A stretch of 64,000 nucleotides of DNA, taken from assembly GCA_947372915.1 (NCBI GenBank), contig CANBVO010000001.1, positions 13,907 to 77,906 of the forward strand. Direction: 5' to 3'. Below are positions 16,174 to 26,724 of the stretch, in pieces. Position 1 is the stretch's first letter. Each line of letters starts with the position of its first letter. This stretch comes from Actinomycetota bacterium (lineage in GTDB: Bacteria; Actinomycetota; Actinomycetes; Nanopelagicales; Nanopelagicaceae). Under the pieces are notes generated by a model. The model searched no databases. It was not told the origin of the DNA and saw nothing but the letters and a program-made list of their open reading frames with translations. Both the position numbers and the translations under genes were made by a program.

Positions 16174-16907
16174 GCGACGCTCACCTTTCCAGACATATAT
16201 CCGTATGCGCTCATTGCTGCACCGAATTTGGCATAGGTGCCGTCACCACATGGATATTCGCAGTTCCACACATACTCACCGGCGCCGCCAGTGATGAAAG
16301 AGAAGGTCATGGTGTGGCCTTTGTAGTTAGTTCCTGGATCCTTCGTAGGAAGGAAACCATTGTCGCCTTCATCTACATGTTGAAGAGGAATATTTACAAA
16401 GAGAGGATCACGATTGGAACTTGGGAGGCTATGGATTGTAAATGTATGTTGAACCTGATCCGCGGGAATCTCAGTGACATCAACACCATCTACATTCATA
16501 GTTCCGCCAACGGTTCCGACAACTTTTCCAAAGAAGGGAGCGTTAAGCTTCTCGCCGCCGTCATAACCGTGGATGGTCATTGTCACGTAGGTATGTGCGG
16601 GAAGAACGATGTGACTGCTCGGACCGTACTGAACGTAATCCTTCTTATTGATGGTGTTATAACCCATCTCCTTCGCCTGCGCGGTATCGGCATAGACACC
16701 CATAGTGATTGTTGCCTTCGGGTAGGTCTTGCCATCTACAACGATGGTCTCTGCAGTTTTAGTTGCGTACAACTTCTTATGTGGATCTGCGCTCGCGCTA
16801 TGCAGCGTGAATCCCACAACTCCAACAACTGCAACCATAAGGAGCACGCCAACAACGGCGCTTAGTGCTCTCTTACTGGCGGTCATCGTGGACTCTTTTC
16901 CCGACAT
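16170..16907 (-). CDS. Membrane-anchored CoxII-like/cupredoxin-like protein with degenerate CuA motif
   Basis: 245 aa with a single N-terminal TM (LSAVVGVLLMVAVVGVVGF). Has VQHTFTIH and NCEYPCGDGTYAKFGAAM: the C-x3-C-G spacing of CuA is kept but the following His is missing. ATGA overlap with ctaC start. Confidence 0.6.
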   Translation of the reverse strand: MSGKESTMTASKRALSAVVGVLLMVAVVGVVGFTLHSASADPHKKLYATKTAETIVVDGKTYPKATITMGVYADTAQAKEMGYNTINKKDYVQYGPSSHIVLPAHTYVTMTIHGYDGGEKLNAPFFGKVVGTVGGTMNVDGVDVTEIPADQVQHTFTIHSLPSSNRDPLFVNIPLQHVDEGDNGFLPTKDPGTNYKGHTMTFSFITGGAGEYVWNCEYPCGDGTYAKFGAAMSAYGYMSGKVSVA

Positions 16908-17031
16908 GTCCCAGCCTTTCGTCCGATAACCTCGCTAGATAAGTGAGGTGGCTTACTAATTAGGTAGGATACGCCTGAGAATCCACTGTGCATACTCTTT
17001 GCATATAACGAATTACTGAGTTGGGGGCCAG

Positions 17032-17817
17032 ATGACGCTCAACCCCCTCTGGGATCTTTTCTTCGCCCTCGTTCTGGGCGGAAAATTGGTCTGGTACTTC
17101 GCCGAGCGCCCCAGCGCCCATGGCGTCGCTCGAATCCGCCAATTCCTCTTCGTCCTCGGTATGGGGATGGCCATCATCCTGCTGGTCGGACCTGTTCCGC
17201 ATGCCGCAATCCACACCTTCTGGATTCATATGGTTCAGCACGTTGGGCTGATGATGCTGATCTCGCCATTGATTGTTCTTGGGTCGCCCGTGCGTATCGC
17301 GGTCAATTCTCGATTTCCACAAGTGCGCAGGGTTGTCATGGCGCTCGCAAGAAATTATTTAATTCGCCAACTCTTTCGCCTGCAAGTTGGCTTCGTTCTC
17401 TTTCTTACTATCTTAATTTTGACGCACTTCTCACCGCTAGCAAATGCCGGCATGGTCAACGCAAATGTTCATAGTTTCGAACTCATACTCTTTTTGGTCG
17501 GCGGATTTATTTATTACCTACCCGTGATGGAGGGCAACCCCACGCCCTTTCATGTTCCATATTATTATCGCGTCGGTTCGCTCTTTGCGATGATGCTTCC
17601 CGAAACAATGACTGGCTTCTTCTTATATTCCGGAAATAAATTGCTCCACGATATTCCAGCCGGACAGAGCACAATGTCAGGTATGAGCGATCAGCATCGA
17701 GGCGGATCGATTATGTGGGCGATGGGAATGTTGATTGATGCGTTGTGGATTGTCTTAGCTGCGCGCGATTGGTTTAATAATGAACGCGAACTTGCCGAAT
17801 TAGAGGACCAAGAATGA
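17032..17817 (+). CDS. ctaG: Cytochrome c oxidase assembly factor CtaG (Bacillus Caa3_CtaG type membrane protein)
   Basis: 261 aa polytopic protein. HMVQHVGLMMLISPLIVLG motif and a C-terminal DQHRGGSIMW segment typical of the Caa3_CtaG family. Divergent from the oxidase operon. Confidence 0.7.
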   Translation: MTLNPLWDLFFALVLGGKLVWYFAERPSAHGVARIRQFLFVLGMGMAIILLVGPVPHAAIHTFWIHMVQHVGLMMLISPLIVLGSPVRIAVNSRFPQVRRVVMALARNYLIRQLFRLQVGFVLFLTILILTHFSPLANAGMVNANVHSFELILFLVGGFIYYLPVMEGNPTPFHVPYYYRVGSLFAMMLPETMTGFFLYSGNKLLHDIPAGQSTMSGMSDQHRGGSIMWAMGMLIDALWIVLAARDWFNNERELAELEDQE

Positions 17818-18062
17818 CTGAGATCAAACCTCCACAAGAACCAGATCCAAAACGAAAGTGGCTGCTCTTAGGAATTCCGCTCTGCATTGTCATGGGGTTA
17901 CTTGAATTTGATCGCGCACTTGGCGGAAATAATCGCAGCTGGTTGTACGTCTTCGAGTGGCCATTCTTTGGCCTCTTCGTTTATTACATGTATTGGAAGC
18001 TATCTCAGCCGCAAGAAGAGTATGACGATGTGGATGACCCACGTCGCGAACTCGAGGAGTAA
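17814..18062 (+). CDS. Small 2-TM membrane protein with acidic tail, coupled to ctaG
   Basis: 82 aa. ATGA overlap with ctaG stop, two hydrophobic segments, C-terminal EEYDDVDDPRRELEE. Confidence 0.55.
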   Translation: MTEIKPPQEPDPKRKWLLLGIPLCIVMGLLEFDRALGGNNRSWLYVFEWPFFGLFVYYMYWKLSQPQEEYDDVDDPRRELEE

Positions 18063-18065
18063 GAA

Positions 18066-19505
<1,440 letters not shown>

Positions 19506-19531
19506 CTATACCCCCGCCTTTCTTTAAGGGG

Positions 19532-21208
19532 TCAAGCCGAGCGGGAACGGAAGCTCTGGATGAACTTTTCTGCCTTGATTGCAGCTATGCCGACCTTTAC
19601 CAATTCGCTGGCGCGAGGATAGATGACATACCGAGGTTGCCATTCGGGTTGGAACTTGGCGTTGAAGCGGTAGAGCGATTCCACCTGGAACCAGTTAGAA
19701 AAAAAGCTAATTATATTTCGGGTGCCGCGCGTGATTGGTCCAGCACTTATTTTATTTGCTCGCTCAAAGAGCGAACGAAATGCAGCGAAGTTAAGTGAGA
19801 TGTGAGTAAAACCATTCTCCTTTGCCCACAAGGTTGTACCGACAATCATCAACTCATTAATGCCGAGTTCTGAATCCTTAGAACGTTGCATCCGATCTAA
19901 GGAGAGTTTGTGACTTCCCCAGGGAACAAAGTAAAGCAGTCCAGTAATTTGATTATCTAAAGTTGCGACGGTTATGTACGCCTCGTCGTCTATAGATTCA
20001 CCGAAGCGATCCATGGACATAGAGAAGCCACGTTCAGGTACTCCGTAACGCCAAAGTTTTGCAAGTCTGCGCAATTCATTTTGAGTCTCAAGTGGAAGTT
20101 CAACAAATTTGCTGGTGTAAGAGTCGTAGCCCTTGCGCTTAACGCGATTGACCATCTGTCGGACATTGCTAATAGGACGGCCCTCTAACGAGAAATCTGC
20201 AACGTTGATAATTGCCTCATCGCCAATTTCAATGGCGAGCATTCCAGCTTTTTCAACCCAGACCTCCCCGCCCCGATCTCCTGCGCCCATCACGGCGGGA
20301 GTCCAAGCATGGGCTTTAGCAATGGTTAAGAATTTTTCAATTACTTCGGGCCACAAACTAAATTCACCAAATGGATCTCCACTAGCGAGCATCACGCCGC
20401 CCTGCACGCGGTAAGCAATTCCAGCCTTTTTATTCTCGCTCCAGACCACGCTCTTATCGCGTCGTGTCGCGAAATATCCGAGCGAATCTTGATCCTCGTC
20501 AAGTTTGATTAACTTTTTAATTTGTTGGAGCTCATCCGCATCCATAGTTTTGATTTCTTCGACATGTTTAAAAAAGAACCATAACGGAATGATGAGTGTG
20601 GCGATACCAAAAAAAAGTAGCGTGATATCGAAGGCATTAGAAACAGCTTCGCTGGAGAACTCGACAGGCCCCGATATCCCGATCAGACCTTCAAGAACGG
20701 TGAGAACAACATTTCCAAAAGATGGATTTCCTACCGTCTGTCCTGCATGGCGAAAATAAAGAATAAAGATTCCCGCAAGTATTACTGCCACTAAGCCAAT
20801 GAGAAAGGCGCGCACTGGCTGGAATTTTGTGGTGGGGTCGGAGACCGCGTAGAACTCTTTACGAAAGATAATGAGTGCTACGAGCAAAGCCGAAATTACA
20901 CTTAATTGCAGTGGGTGAGACCTTGATCTAAATAAATCAGATACAAGGTTGATAAGCAAAATTGCGACGGTTAGTCCCCAGGCGCGTTTCTTACGTCGAA
21001 TTAGGCCGCGAGCCACAATGATGAGAATGACTCCAGTAAAGACTGCAGTTGCAAAGGCAGTGGAGTTAGCAACGAGCGGTAAGTAGGTATCAATTTTTTC
21101 GGCTGATGCTTTGAAGGGGCGTAAAACGTTCGCCAAAATATCAATCACGCCAACTAGGTAAGCAGAACGCCCAATTACTCGAGGGGCATAATCCCGAAGC
21201 TTGGTCAT
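19532..21208 (-). CDS. MprF-like aminoacyl-phosphatidylglycerol synthase (short TM domain plus DUF2156/LPG-synthase C domain)
   Basis: 558 aa. The N-terminal ~210 aa carry about 6 TM helices. The C-terminal cytosolic domain has GYFATRRDKS...GIAYRVQGGVMLASGDP...RFNAKFQPEW blocks typical of the MprF synthase domain. Confidence 0.75.
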   Translation of the reverse strand: MTKLRDYAPRVIGRSAYLVGVIDILANVLRPFKASAEKIDTYLPLVANSTAFATAVFTGVILIIVARGLIRRKKRAWGLTVAILLINLVSDLFRSRSHPLQLSVISALLVALIIFRKEFYAVSDPTTKFQPVRAFLIGLVAVILAGIFILYFRHAGQTVGNPSFGNVVLTVLEGLIGISGPVEFSSEAVSNAFDITLLFFGIATLIIPLWFFFKHVEEIKTMDADELQQIKKLIKLDEDQDSLGYFATRRDKSVVWSENKKAGIAYRVQGGVMLASGDPFGEFSLWPEVIEKFLTIAKAHAWTPAVMGAGDRGGEVWVEKAGMLAIEIGDEAIINVADFSLEGRPISNVRQMVNRVKRKGYDSYTSKFVELPLETQNELRRLAKLWRYGVPERGFSMSMDRFGESIDDEAYITVATLDNQITGLLYFVPWGSHKLSLDRMQRSKDSELGINELMIVGTTLWAKENGFTHISLNFAAFRSLFERANKISAGPITRGTRNIISFFSNWFQVESLYRFNAKFQPEWQPRYVIYPRASELVKVGIAAIKAEKFIQSFRSRSA

Positions 21209-22320
21209 CTAAATACTCCTGTATGTCCTAATGAATAACGACCCGGTTGTGGATAAATTGCTAAACCATGTGGTTCGCGGCCGACTTTAACTTTAGTTAA
21301 GAATTTTCCATGAGGGATATCAAAAACATAAACAACATCGTCATAGCGTCCCGATACCCAAAATTGTTTTCCATCGGCAGAGATGCCGCCCATATCCGGG
21401 CTTCCACCACCGGGAATCTTCCATTTTGCAATTATTTTATTATCGGCAAAACGTAGAACTGAGACGCTACCTTCGCCCCGATTAGTGATGAGAGCAGTCT
21501 TTGAATCTCGAGTGACATAGATGCCATGCGCTTCTTTACCTGTCTCGATCAATGTGAAATGTCCAAAATTATTGGCAGGCATTGCCCAGACACCATCAGA
21601 CATCATGTCAGCAATATAAAAAGTCGATCCGTCTGGTGAAATCTTTACATCCTGAGCCATTGGTTTTGCATTTTTAAATGTGGGGAGCTTGGCAACTTTA
21701 ACAACGGCCATCTTTGCAGTATTAATGAGTAAGACATTTCCAGAGAATTCGCATGAGACGACAAAGAAGTTTCCGTCCTTAGTCCAGTCCGCGTGATTGA
21801 CGCCAGTGCACGGAACATTAAGCGTTTTCTTGATCGCCATCGTGTGAGGATCTCTGAAAACAATTTGCTTGTCAGCTTCTGCCATCACTACGGCATATTT
21901 TCCGTTTGGTGTGAAGTAGAGGTTATAGGGGTCATGAACGTAAATGGACTTACCCGCTGTCACCGTCATTGGATCTATCGGAGTTAAGTAATTTCCTTCG
22001 TTGTCATTGACCCATAAGGTTTTCAGATCCCATGAAGGGACAACATGCTGAGGCCCACGTGGAGTTTTGAACGTTTTCACAATTTTGAAGGTCTTGGGAT
22101 CTATCACTGAAACCGATGCGCCGCTGTGGTTAGGGACGTAAACACGTTCCGGCATATTCTTTACAACGTCACCGAGATTTCCCGCTCTATCTGCGGAATA
22201 AATATCGTTTAGATCTAAGACTGGCGGCATGCCAGCTAACGGAGTTATCGCGGATGCTGAAAGAGTTGAAATTGAAAGAAACGTTATAAAAAATATTGAA
22301 ATTAATTTCTTGTGATTCAT
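21205..22320 (-). CDS. Secreted YVTN/YncE-like beta-propeller repeat protein
   Basis: 371 aa. Signal peptide MNHKKLISIFFITFLSISTLSASA, with repeated PHG/DGK blade-like segments. 4-nt overlaps with both neighbours. Confidence 0.65.
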   Translation of the reverse strand: MNHKKLISIFFITFLSISTLSASAITPLAGMPPVLDLNDIYSADRAGNLGDVVKNMPERVYVPNHSGASVSVIDPKTFKIVKTFKTPRGPQHVVPSWDLKTLWVNDNEGNYLTPIDPMTVTAGKSIYVHDPYNLYFTPNGKYAVVMAEADKQIVFRDPHTMAIKKTLNVPCTGVNHADWTKDGNFFVVSCEFSGNVLLINTAKMAVVKVAKLPTFKNAKPMAQDVKISPDGSTFYIADMMSDGVWAMPANNFGHFTLIETGKEAHGIYVTRDSKTALITNRGEGSVSVLRFADNKIIAKWKIPGGGSPDMGGISADGKQFWVSGRYDDVVYVFDIPHGKFLTKVKVGREPHGLAIYPQPGRYSLGHTGVFR

Positions 22321-23012
22321 ATCTTTCCGAGCATTGTCGTAAGAGTCACTGGCGTTAAGCCCTTGTTCTTCAATTGTTCTAATAATGCAGGCATCGCATC
22401 AATCGTATTTTGATGGCCAAAGTGCATGCTCACGATTGAGCCATTCTTTACATTGCTCATCACGGATGAAATTACTTTTGCTTTGTTGACATCTAAATAA
22501 TCTAAAGAATCAACTTCATAGGAAATGCATTGGTTGTATCCATACTTGACTGCAGTCTTTCGAATTAAGGCGGTGGAGTTCTGAGTTCCGGAGGGTCTAA
22601 AAAATGATCCGTGATTACCGATTTCGCTTTTGAGTTCATTTGCACATAAACGAATTTCTGAATCAACTTTGGAGGCAGAGATGGTCTTCATCTGGGTATG
22701 CGTGTAAGTGTGATTACCGATGTCATGCCCGGCATCCAACATTGACTTGGTCATTCCTGGGTTCGCCTTAATCCAGGATCCCACAGCGAAAACCGTGACC
22801 GGAGTGGCATGGGCTTTAAGAATTTCAAGCAATTTCTTGGTGTGAGTGGTATCGCCGTTGGCATGGAAAGTAAGAGCAACATTTGCCTTATCGCGCGGAC
22901 CATGAGAGATGTCGGGCGAGAGCGCGGAGGCAATTTCGCCGAACCCGGATGTCGCTAACCCAGCAATAGATGCGGCCGAAACGCGTATGAAATCCCGTCG
23001 GTTTAGTGCCAT
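22317..23012 (-). CDS. Tat-exported polysaccharide deacetylase (NodB homology domain)
   Basis: Track ORF trimmed to ATG 23012 (MALNRRDFIRVSAASIAGLA, a twin-arginine signal). NodB motifs: TFHANGD-like, HDIGNHTYTH, FRPSG. Confidence 0.8.
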   Translation of the reverse strand: MALNRRDFIRVSAASIAGLATSGFGEIASALSPDISHGPRDKANVALTFHANGDTTHTKKLLEILKAHATPVTVFAVGSWIKANPGMTKSMLDAGHDIGNHTYTHTQMKTISASKVDSEIRLCANELKSEIGNHGSFFRPSGTQNSTALIRKTAVKYGYNQCISYEVDSLDYLDVNKAKVISSVMSNVKNGSIVSMHFGHQNTIDAMPALLEQLKNKGLTPVTLTTMLGKI

Positions 23013-23096
23013 GTGAGCAGGGTACTCCTGCACGGCGGGTCGGCACTTGTTAGAGTCGGGCACGGGTATTTTCCGCGGTACAGGGATGGAGGTTCC

Positions 23097-24026
23097 ATGA
23101 GCGAAGACGATGAGTCCGGCGATGACATCATTACCGAAGAGATGTTGTGGGAGCGCATTCCAGAAGTTCAAGGAATTGACCGTGCAAATACTTATTACGA
23201 ATTAAGTGCCCGCATTTATGCCCGGGGCCAATATGACGAGGCGCTGGCGCTTGCCGAAACAGCGCGCGATATTTATGCCGAAATTGAAACCCCAAGTTCT
23301 ATCGATGGTTTAGCTCAGGCATATTCAGCGATTGGTTACAACCTCAACCAACTCAAGCGCATGAATGAAGCTGCACATGCGATGAGCAAAGCAGTGGAAC
23401 TTTTGCGAGATTCAAAATCTCCTATGGCCATTGATTTAGCGTGCACCCTGGGCGACTGGTGGTTTAGCTCTAAGGAGTACCAAAAGACGATTGATTGCAT
23501 GAGCGAATGCGTTCAAGAGCATCTCGTTGATGGCAACGATAATGGCGCCGCAAATGACTTACACCTCATTGGTTGTTCTTATCGTGAGCTCGGTGAGTTC
23601 AATAAAGCCCTGGATGCATTTAACGAAGCGCGTTCACTCTTCAAAAAGTTGAAAGAAGTGGTCAATGTCGCTCGCTGCGATCAAAAAATTGCCCATTGCT
23701 TGACCGCACTCGGAGATGGCGAAGGCGCACTTATCGCTGCGCAGAAATCGCTCGATGTCTTTGTTACCGCGCACGACCACTATCGCGAGACTTACTCACT
23801 TCTTGAAGTAGGTAAGGCGCAAATTCTGGTCGGGCGTGATGAAGAAGGTCTGGCATCGCTCGAACGGGTTCTCGAAGTAGCGACCGATACTGATTCAAAA
23901 GATTTCGAATTCATTTTAGATATTGAACGCCGGATTGCCGCCGTACTTGCCAAGCTTGGTCGCACAACTGAAGCTGACGAAATTACCCGCCGCCTTGCTG
24001 CTATTTCGGAGGTAATGGAGGATTAA
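23097..24026 (+). CDS. Tetratricopeptide (TPR) repeat protein
   Basis: Track ORF trimmed to ATG 23097 (GGAGG 5 nt upstream). 309 aa, acidic N-terminus, then repeated 34-aa-like A..Y...G.....A helices. Confidence 0.65.
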   Translation: MSEDDESGDDIITEEMLWERIPEVQGIDRANTYYELSARIYARGQYDEALALAETARDIYAEIETPSSIDGLAQAYSAIGYNLNQLKRMNEAAHAMSKAVELLRDSKSPMAIDLACTLGDWWFSSKEYQKTIDCMSECVQEHLVDGNDNGAANDLHLIGCSYRELGEFNKALDAFNEARSLFKKLKEVVNVARCDQKIAHCLTALGDGEGALIAAQKSLDVFVTAHDHYRETYSLLEVGKAQILVGRDEEGLASLERVLEVATDTDSKDFEFILDIERRIAAVLAKLGRTTEADEITRRLAAISEVMED

Positions 24027-24669
24027 GGTGTTGCATCGCCCATGCATACATGGCGATTGCACCAGCTGCTGATGCGTTCATAGAGCGCGTCGATCCATAT
24101 TGGCGAATCGCCAAGACCGTTTCACAGATATTTACGGCCTCATCACTCATGCCGGCACCCTCTTGACCAAAGAAGAGCACACATCGCTCAGGGAGTCTGG
24201 TGGCTTCTAACTCTTTCGAAATCGGCAAGTTATCTATTCCAATAATTGGAAGTGCGTTCTCTCGGCACCACTGTGCAAAATCTGCCACCGTGGGATGGTG
24301 CATAACGTGCAAATATTTATCGGTGACCATTGCACCACGTTTATTCCAGTCGCGCTTTCCAACGATGTGAACTCTCGAAACGTTAAATGCATTTGCAGTG
24401 CGAACAACTGAGCCAATATTTAAATCGTGCTGCCAATTTTCAATTGCAATCTCTAGCGGGTGTCGCTTCTTATCGAGGTCAGCGACAATCGCTTCTAACT
24501 TCCAATAACGATAATGATCCAAAACATTTCGGCGATCACCTGCGGCGAGTAGCTCAGGATCAAAGTGTTCGTCGCTAGGCCAAGGTTCGGGGTGGGGCCC
24601 AACTCCGACAACCGGATAGAATTCGCCAGGCCCAATTTCAGCGGCCGGAGGGCTAACCTTCTTATCCAT
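24001..24669 (-). CDS. SpoU/TrmH-family RNA 2'-O-methyltransferase
   Basis: 222 aa. NIGSVVRTANAF, LFFGQEGAGMS and SMNASAAGAIAMY match the three SpoU motifs. 26-nt convergent overlap with the TPR gene. Confidence 0.8.
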   Translation of the reverse strand: MDKKVSPPAAEIGPGEFYPVVGVGPHPEPWPSDEHFDPELLAAGDRRNVLDHYRYWKLEAIVADLDKKRHPLEIAIENWQHDLNIGSVVRTANAFNVSRVHIVGKRDWNKRGAMVTDKYLHVMHHPTVADFAQWCRENALPIIGIDNLPISKELEATRLPERCVLFFGQEGAGMSDEAVNICETVLAIRQYGSTRSMNASAAGAIAMYAWAMQHLNPPLPPK

Positions 24670-24690
24670 TCCTTAACTTTAGGGGCGAAA

Positions 24691-25584
24691 GTGTTGAAGC
24701 AAAAATCTTGGGTGCCGGCATATATCGCCCTCGGCACGGTCTGGGGCTGCTCCTTTATTTTTATTAAGCAAGGCCTGGAATTTCTCACGCCATTTGGTGT
24801 TGCTTTTGGTCGATGTGCGTTAGGCGCGCTCTCACTCATCATCGTGCTGAAGGTACGTCGCCAAAAATATCCTCGCGCGCGAAGTACCTGGCTCAAACTT
24901 TGGATTGTTTCGATGCTTCTGAATGTCTTTCCTGGAATTCTCTTCGCCTATGCCGAGGTTCATGTCACTTCAATCTTGGCCGGAATTATCAATGCCACAA
25001 CCCCATTGATGACCCTAATCGTCATGCTTACTGTCTTTCGCGAAGAAAAAGTTCTACCCCATCAAGTTATAGGTCTCATCGTCGGTGCGATCGGTGTATT
25101 AAGTGTGCTCGGAATTTGGCGCGGCGTTGGCCACAATTCCTGGGTTGCAATTCTTGCTCTACTTGCAGCTGTTACCTGTTATGGAATTTCATTTCCATTT
25201 ACTCGACGATATGTGCTGCCACTAGGTCTTCGCACCGATGTCATGGCCACAACTCAAATAACCGCAGCGGCAATCACGCTCTTGCCGCTCTATCTCTTTA
25301 ATGGAATTGCTAAGGATGAATATCGATTAGGGCCAGTCCTTTCGATGATTGGCCTTGGCGTTCTCGGGACAGGTTATGCCTACATCTGGAACTTCTCCAT
25401 TATTTCTGCAGCGGGAAGCTCAATCGCGAGTTCGGTGACATACCTGACACCCGTAGTTGCAGTATTCGTAGGCTGGATTTTTCTCGGCGAGAGCATCACC
25501 TGGAACCAGCCCGCTGGAGGAGCGCTCGTCGTATTAGGCGCAGCAATTTCACAGGGTCGGTTCAAGAAGAAACTCACGGCATAA
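24691..25584 (+). CDS. DMT-superfamily (EamA) transporter
   Basis: Trimmed to GTG 24691 (VLKQKSWVPAYIALGTVWGCSFIFIK). About 10 TM helices as two EamA halves. Only 21 nt separate it from the divergent trmH-like start. Confidence 0.75.
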   Translation: MLKQKSWVPAYIALGTVWGCSFIFIKQGLEFLTPFGVAFGRCALGALSLIIVLKVRRQKYPRARSTWLKLWIVSMLLNVFPGILFAYAEVHVTSILAGIINATTPLMTLIVMLTVFREEKVLPHQVIGLIVGAIGVLSVLGIWRGVGHNSWVAILALLAAVTCYGISFPFTRRYVLPLGLRTDVMATTQITAAAITLLPLYLFNGIAKDEYRLGPVLSMIGLGVLGTGYAYIWNFSIISAAGSSIASSVTYLTPVVAVFVGWIFLGESITWNQPAGGALVVLGAAISQGRFKKKLTA

Positions 25585-25591
25585 TCCTTCA

Positions 25592-26716
25592 ATGCGCATA
25601 AGAATTAGCTTGGTTGCACTTACCGCGATTATCTGCGGTCAGGTCCTCTCACCCGTACATGCGCTCTCACTTCCTACCTCTTTTATTAAATATGCCAGCT
25701 CAGTTAATTTGGCCCATCCAGGAATTGTGCTGATGGATCCTGTTACCTCTGATGTGCTGTATTCCTCTCAACCAGATGTCGGCCGCGCACCCGCATCTGT
25801 AATGAAATTGCTTTCTGCAACTCTTGCCTCTTCGGCACTCGACCTTCAATCTTCTTTCCACACCTCAATCGCAACAACTTCAGAGCCAGATAGATATGTG
25901 ATTACTGGAGACTTTGATCCATGGCTAACTTTGAGTCTTCACGAGTCAACTAAATTCGGTGCGGCGCTCTCTCCAACTTTGATAAACAAGGCGATAGAGC
26001 GAAGTCCAAGTATGAAGCGAATTGTGATTGACTATTACGGTTTGTATGACAAGGATTTGGAAGAGTTGAAGAAGTTTTATCGAGGCAGGGTTTATCTAAG
26101 TATCAACAAACTTTCTTCGCTCCCAGCTGCGCAGGCAAAGGCAGTCGAACCAATTGCCACCATAACTTCACCAACAATTTCAGAAATTCTTAAGTTCACG
26201 TTGTTGTGGAGCGATAACACCAAAGCGGATCGACTTGCTCGACTCTCGGCAAAAGCTCTTGGATTTACTCCGGATGCACCAGGAATTAAATTAGCGTTTG
26301 AGAAAGTATTGAAAGACCTCGGAGTAACAACAGAGGGACTAGAAATTTATGATGGCTCGGGTCTCTCTAAAGAGAATCGGGTCACGGCCCGAACGATTGC
26401 AGAATTATTGGTCAAAATAAAAGATAAGCCAGAGTTCGCTTCAATCTACGAAGGTTTACCGACGGCGGGCATCAGCGGAACACTTCAAAAGCGGTTTGTT
26501 GAAGATGCGCCAACTGCGGTGGGATTAGTAAAGGCAAAGACCGGCTGGATCAACGGAACCGTGAGTCTTGCTGGGTATGTGACCGTAGGGGAAGGGCAGT
26601 ACGTCTTTGCAATTATTGCGGATCGGATTAAGCCGACTGAACCTCGCCGTAAGGCGGCACGCGAAACAATCGACAAGATGCTGGCTACGATTGCCAAACC
26701 AATCCCGACAAATTAA
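25592..26716 (+). CDS. dacB: D-alanyl-D-alanine carboxypeptidase/endopeptidase (PBP4/DacB family)
   Basis: 374 aa with signal peptide and SVMK (SxxK), WSDN (SxN) and KTGW (KTG) motifs. It occupies the position upstream of tilS seen in other actinobacteria. Confidence 0.75.
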   Translation: MRIRISLVALTAIICGQVLSPVHALSLPTSFIKYASSVNLAHPGIVLMDPVTSDVLYSSQPDVGRAPASVMKLLSATLASSALDLQSSFHTSIATTSEPDRYVITGDFDPWLTLSLHESTKFGAALSPTLINKAIERSPSMKRIVIDYYGLYDKDLEELKKFYRGRVYLSINKLSSLPAAQAKAVEPIATITSPTISEILKFTLLWSDNTKADRLARLSAKALGFTPDAPGIKLAFEKVLKDLGVTTEGLEIYDGSGLSKENRVTARTIAELLVKIKDKPEFASIYEGLPTAGISGTLQKRFVEDAPTAVGLVKAKTGWINGTVSLAGYVTVGEGQYVFAIIADRIKPTEPRRKAARETIDKMLATIAKPIPTN

Positions 26717-26724
26717 CCAATTCA

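Noticed and set aside
16113-16865. 250-aa plus-strand ORF
   Set aside because: It is fully antisense to the 245-aa cupredoxin-like gene. Its translation is Cys/His/Arg-rich with no motifs, no SD and no operon logic. The minus-strand ORF has a TM anchor, cupredoxin-like motifs and an ATGA junction with ctaC. This is a shadow ORF.
23013-23171. Mutually overlapping 5' extensions of the deacetylase ORF (to 23171) and the TPR ORF (from 23013)
   Set aside because: The deacetylase has a textbook Tat signal starting at Met 23012. The TPR gene has an ATG at 23097 with GGAGG upstream. The extensions are the antisense of each other's upstream region.
24495-25301. Track ORFs 24495-24896 (-) and 24813-25301 (+)
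   Set aside because: These are alternative frames or antisense of the trmH-like and EamA transporter genes, with Arg/Cys/Ser-rich nonsense composition.
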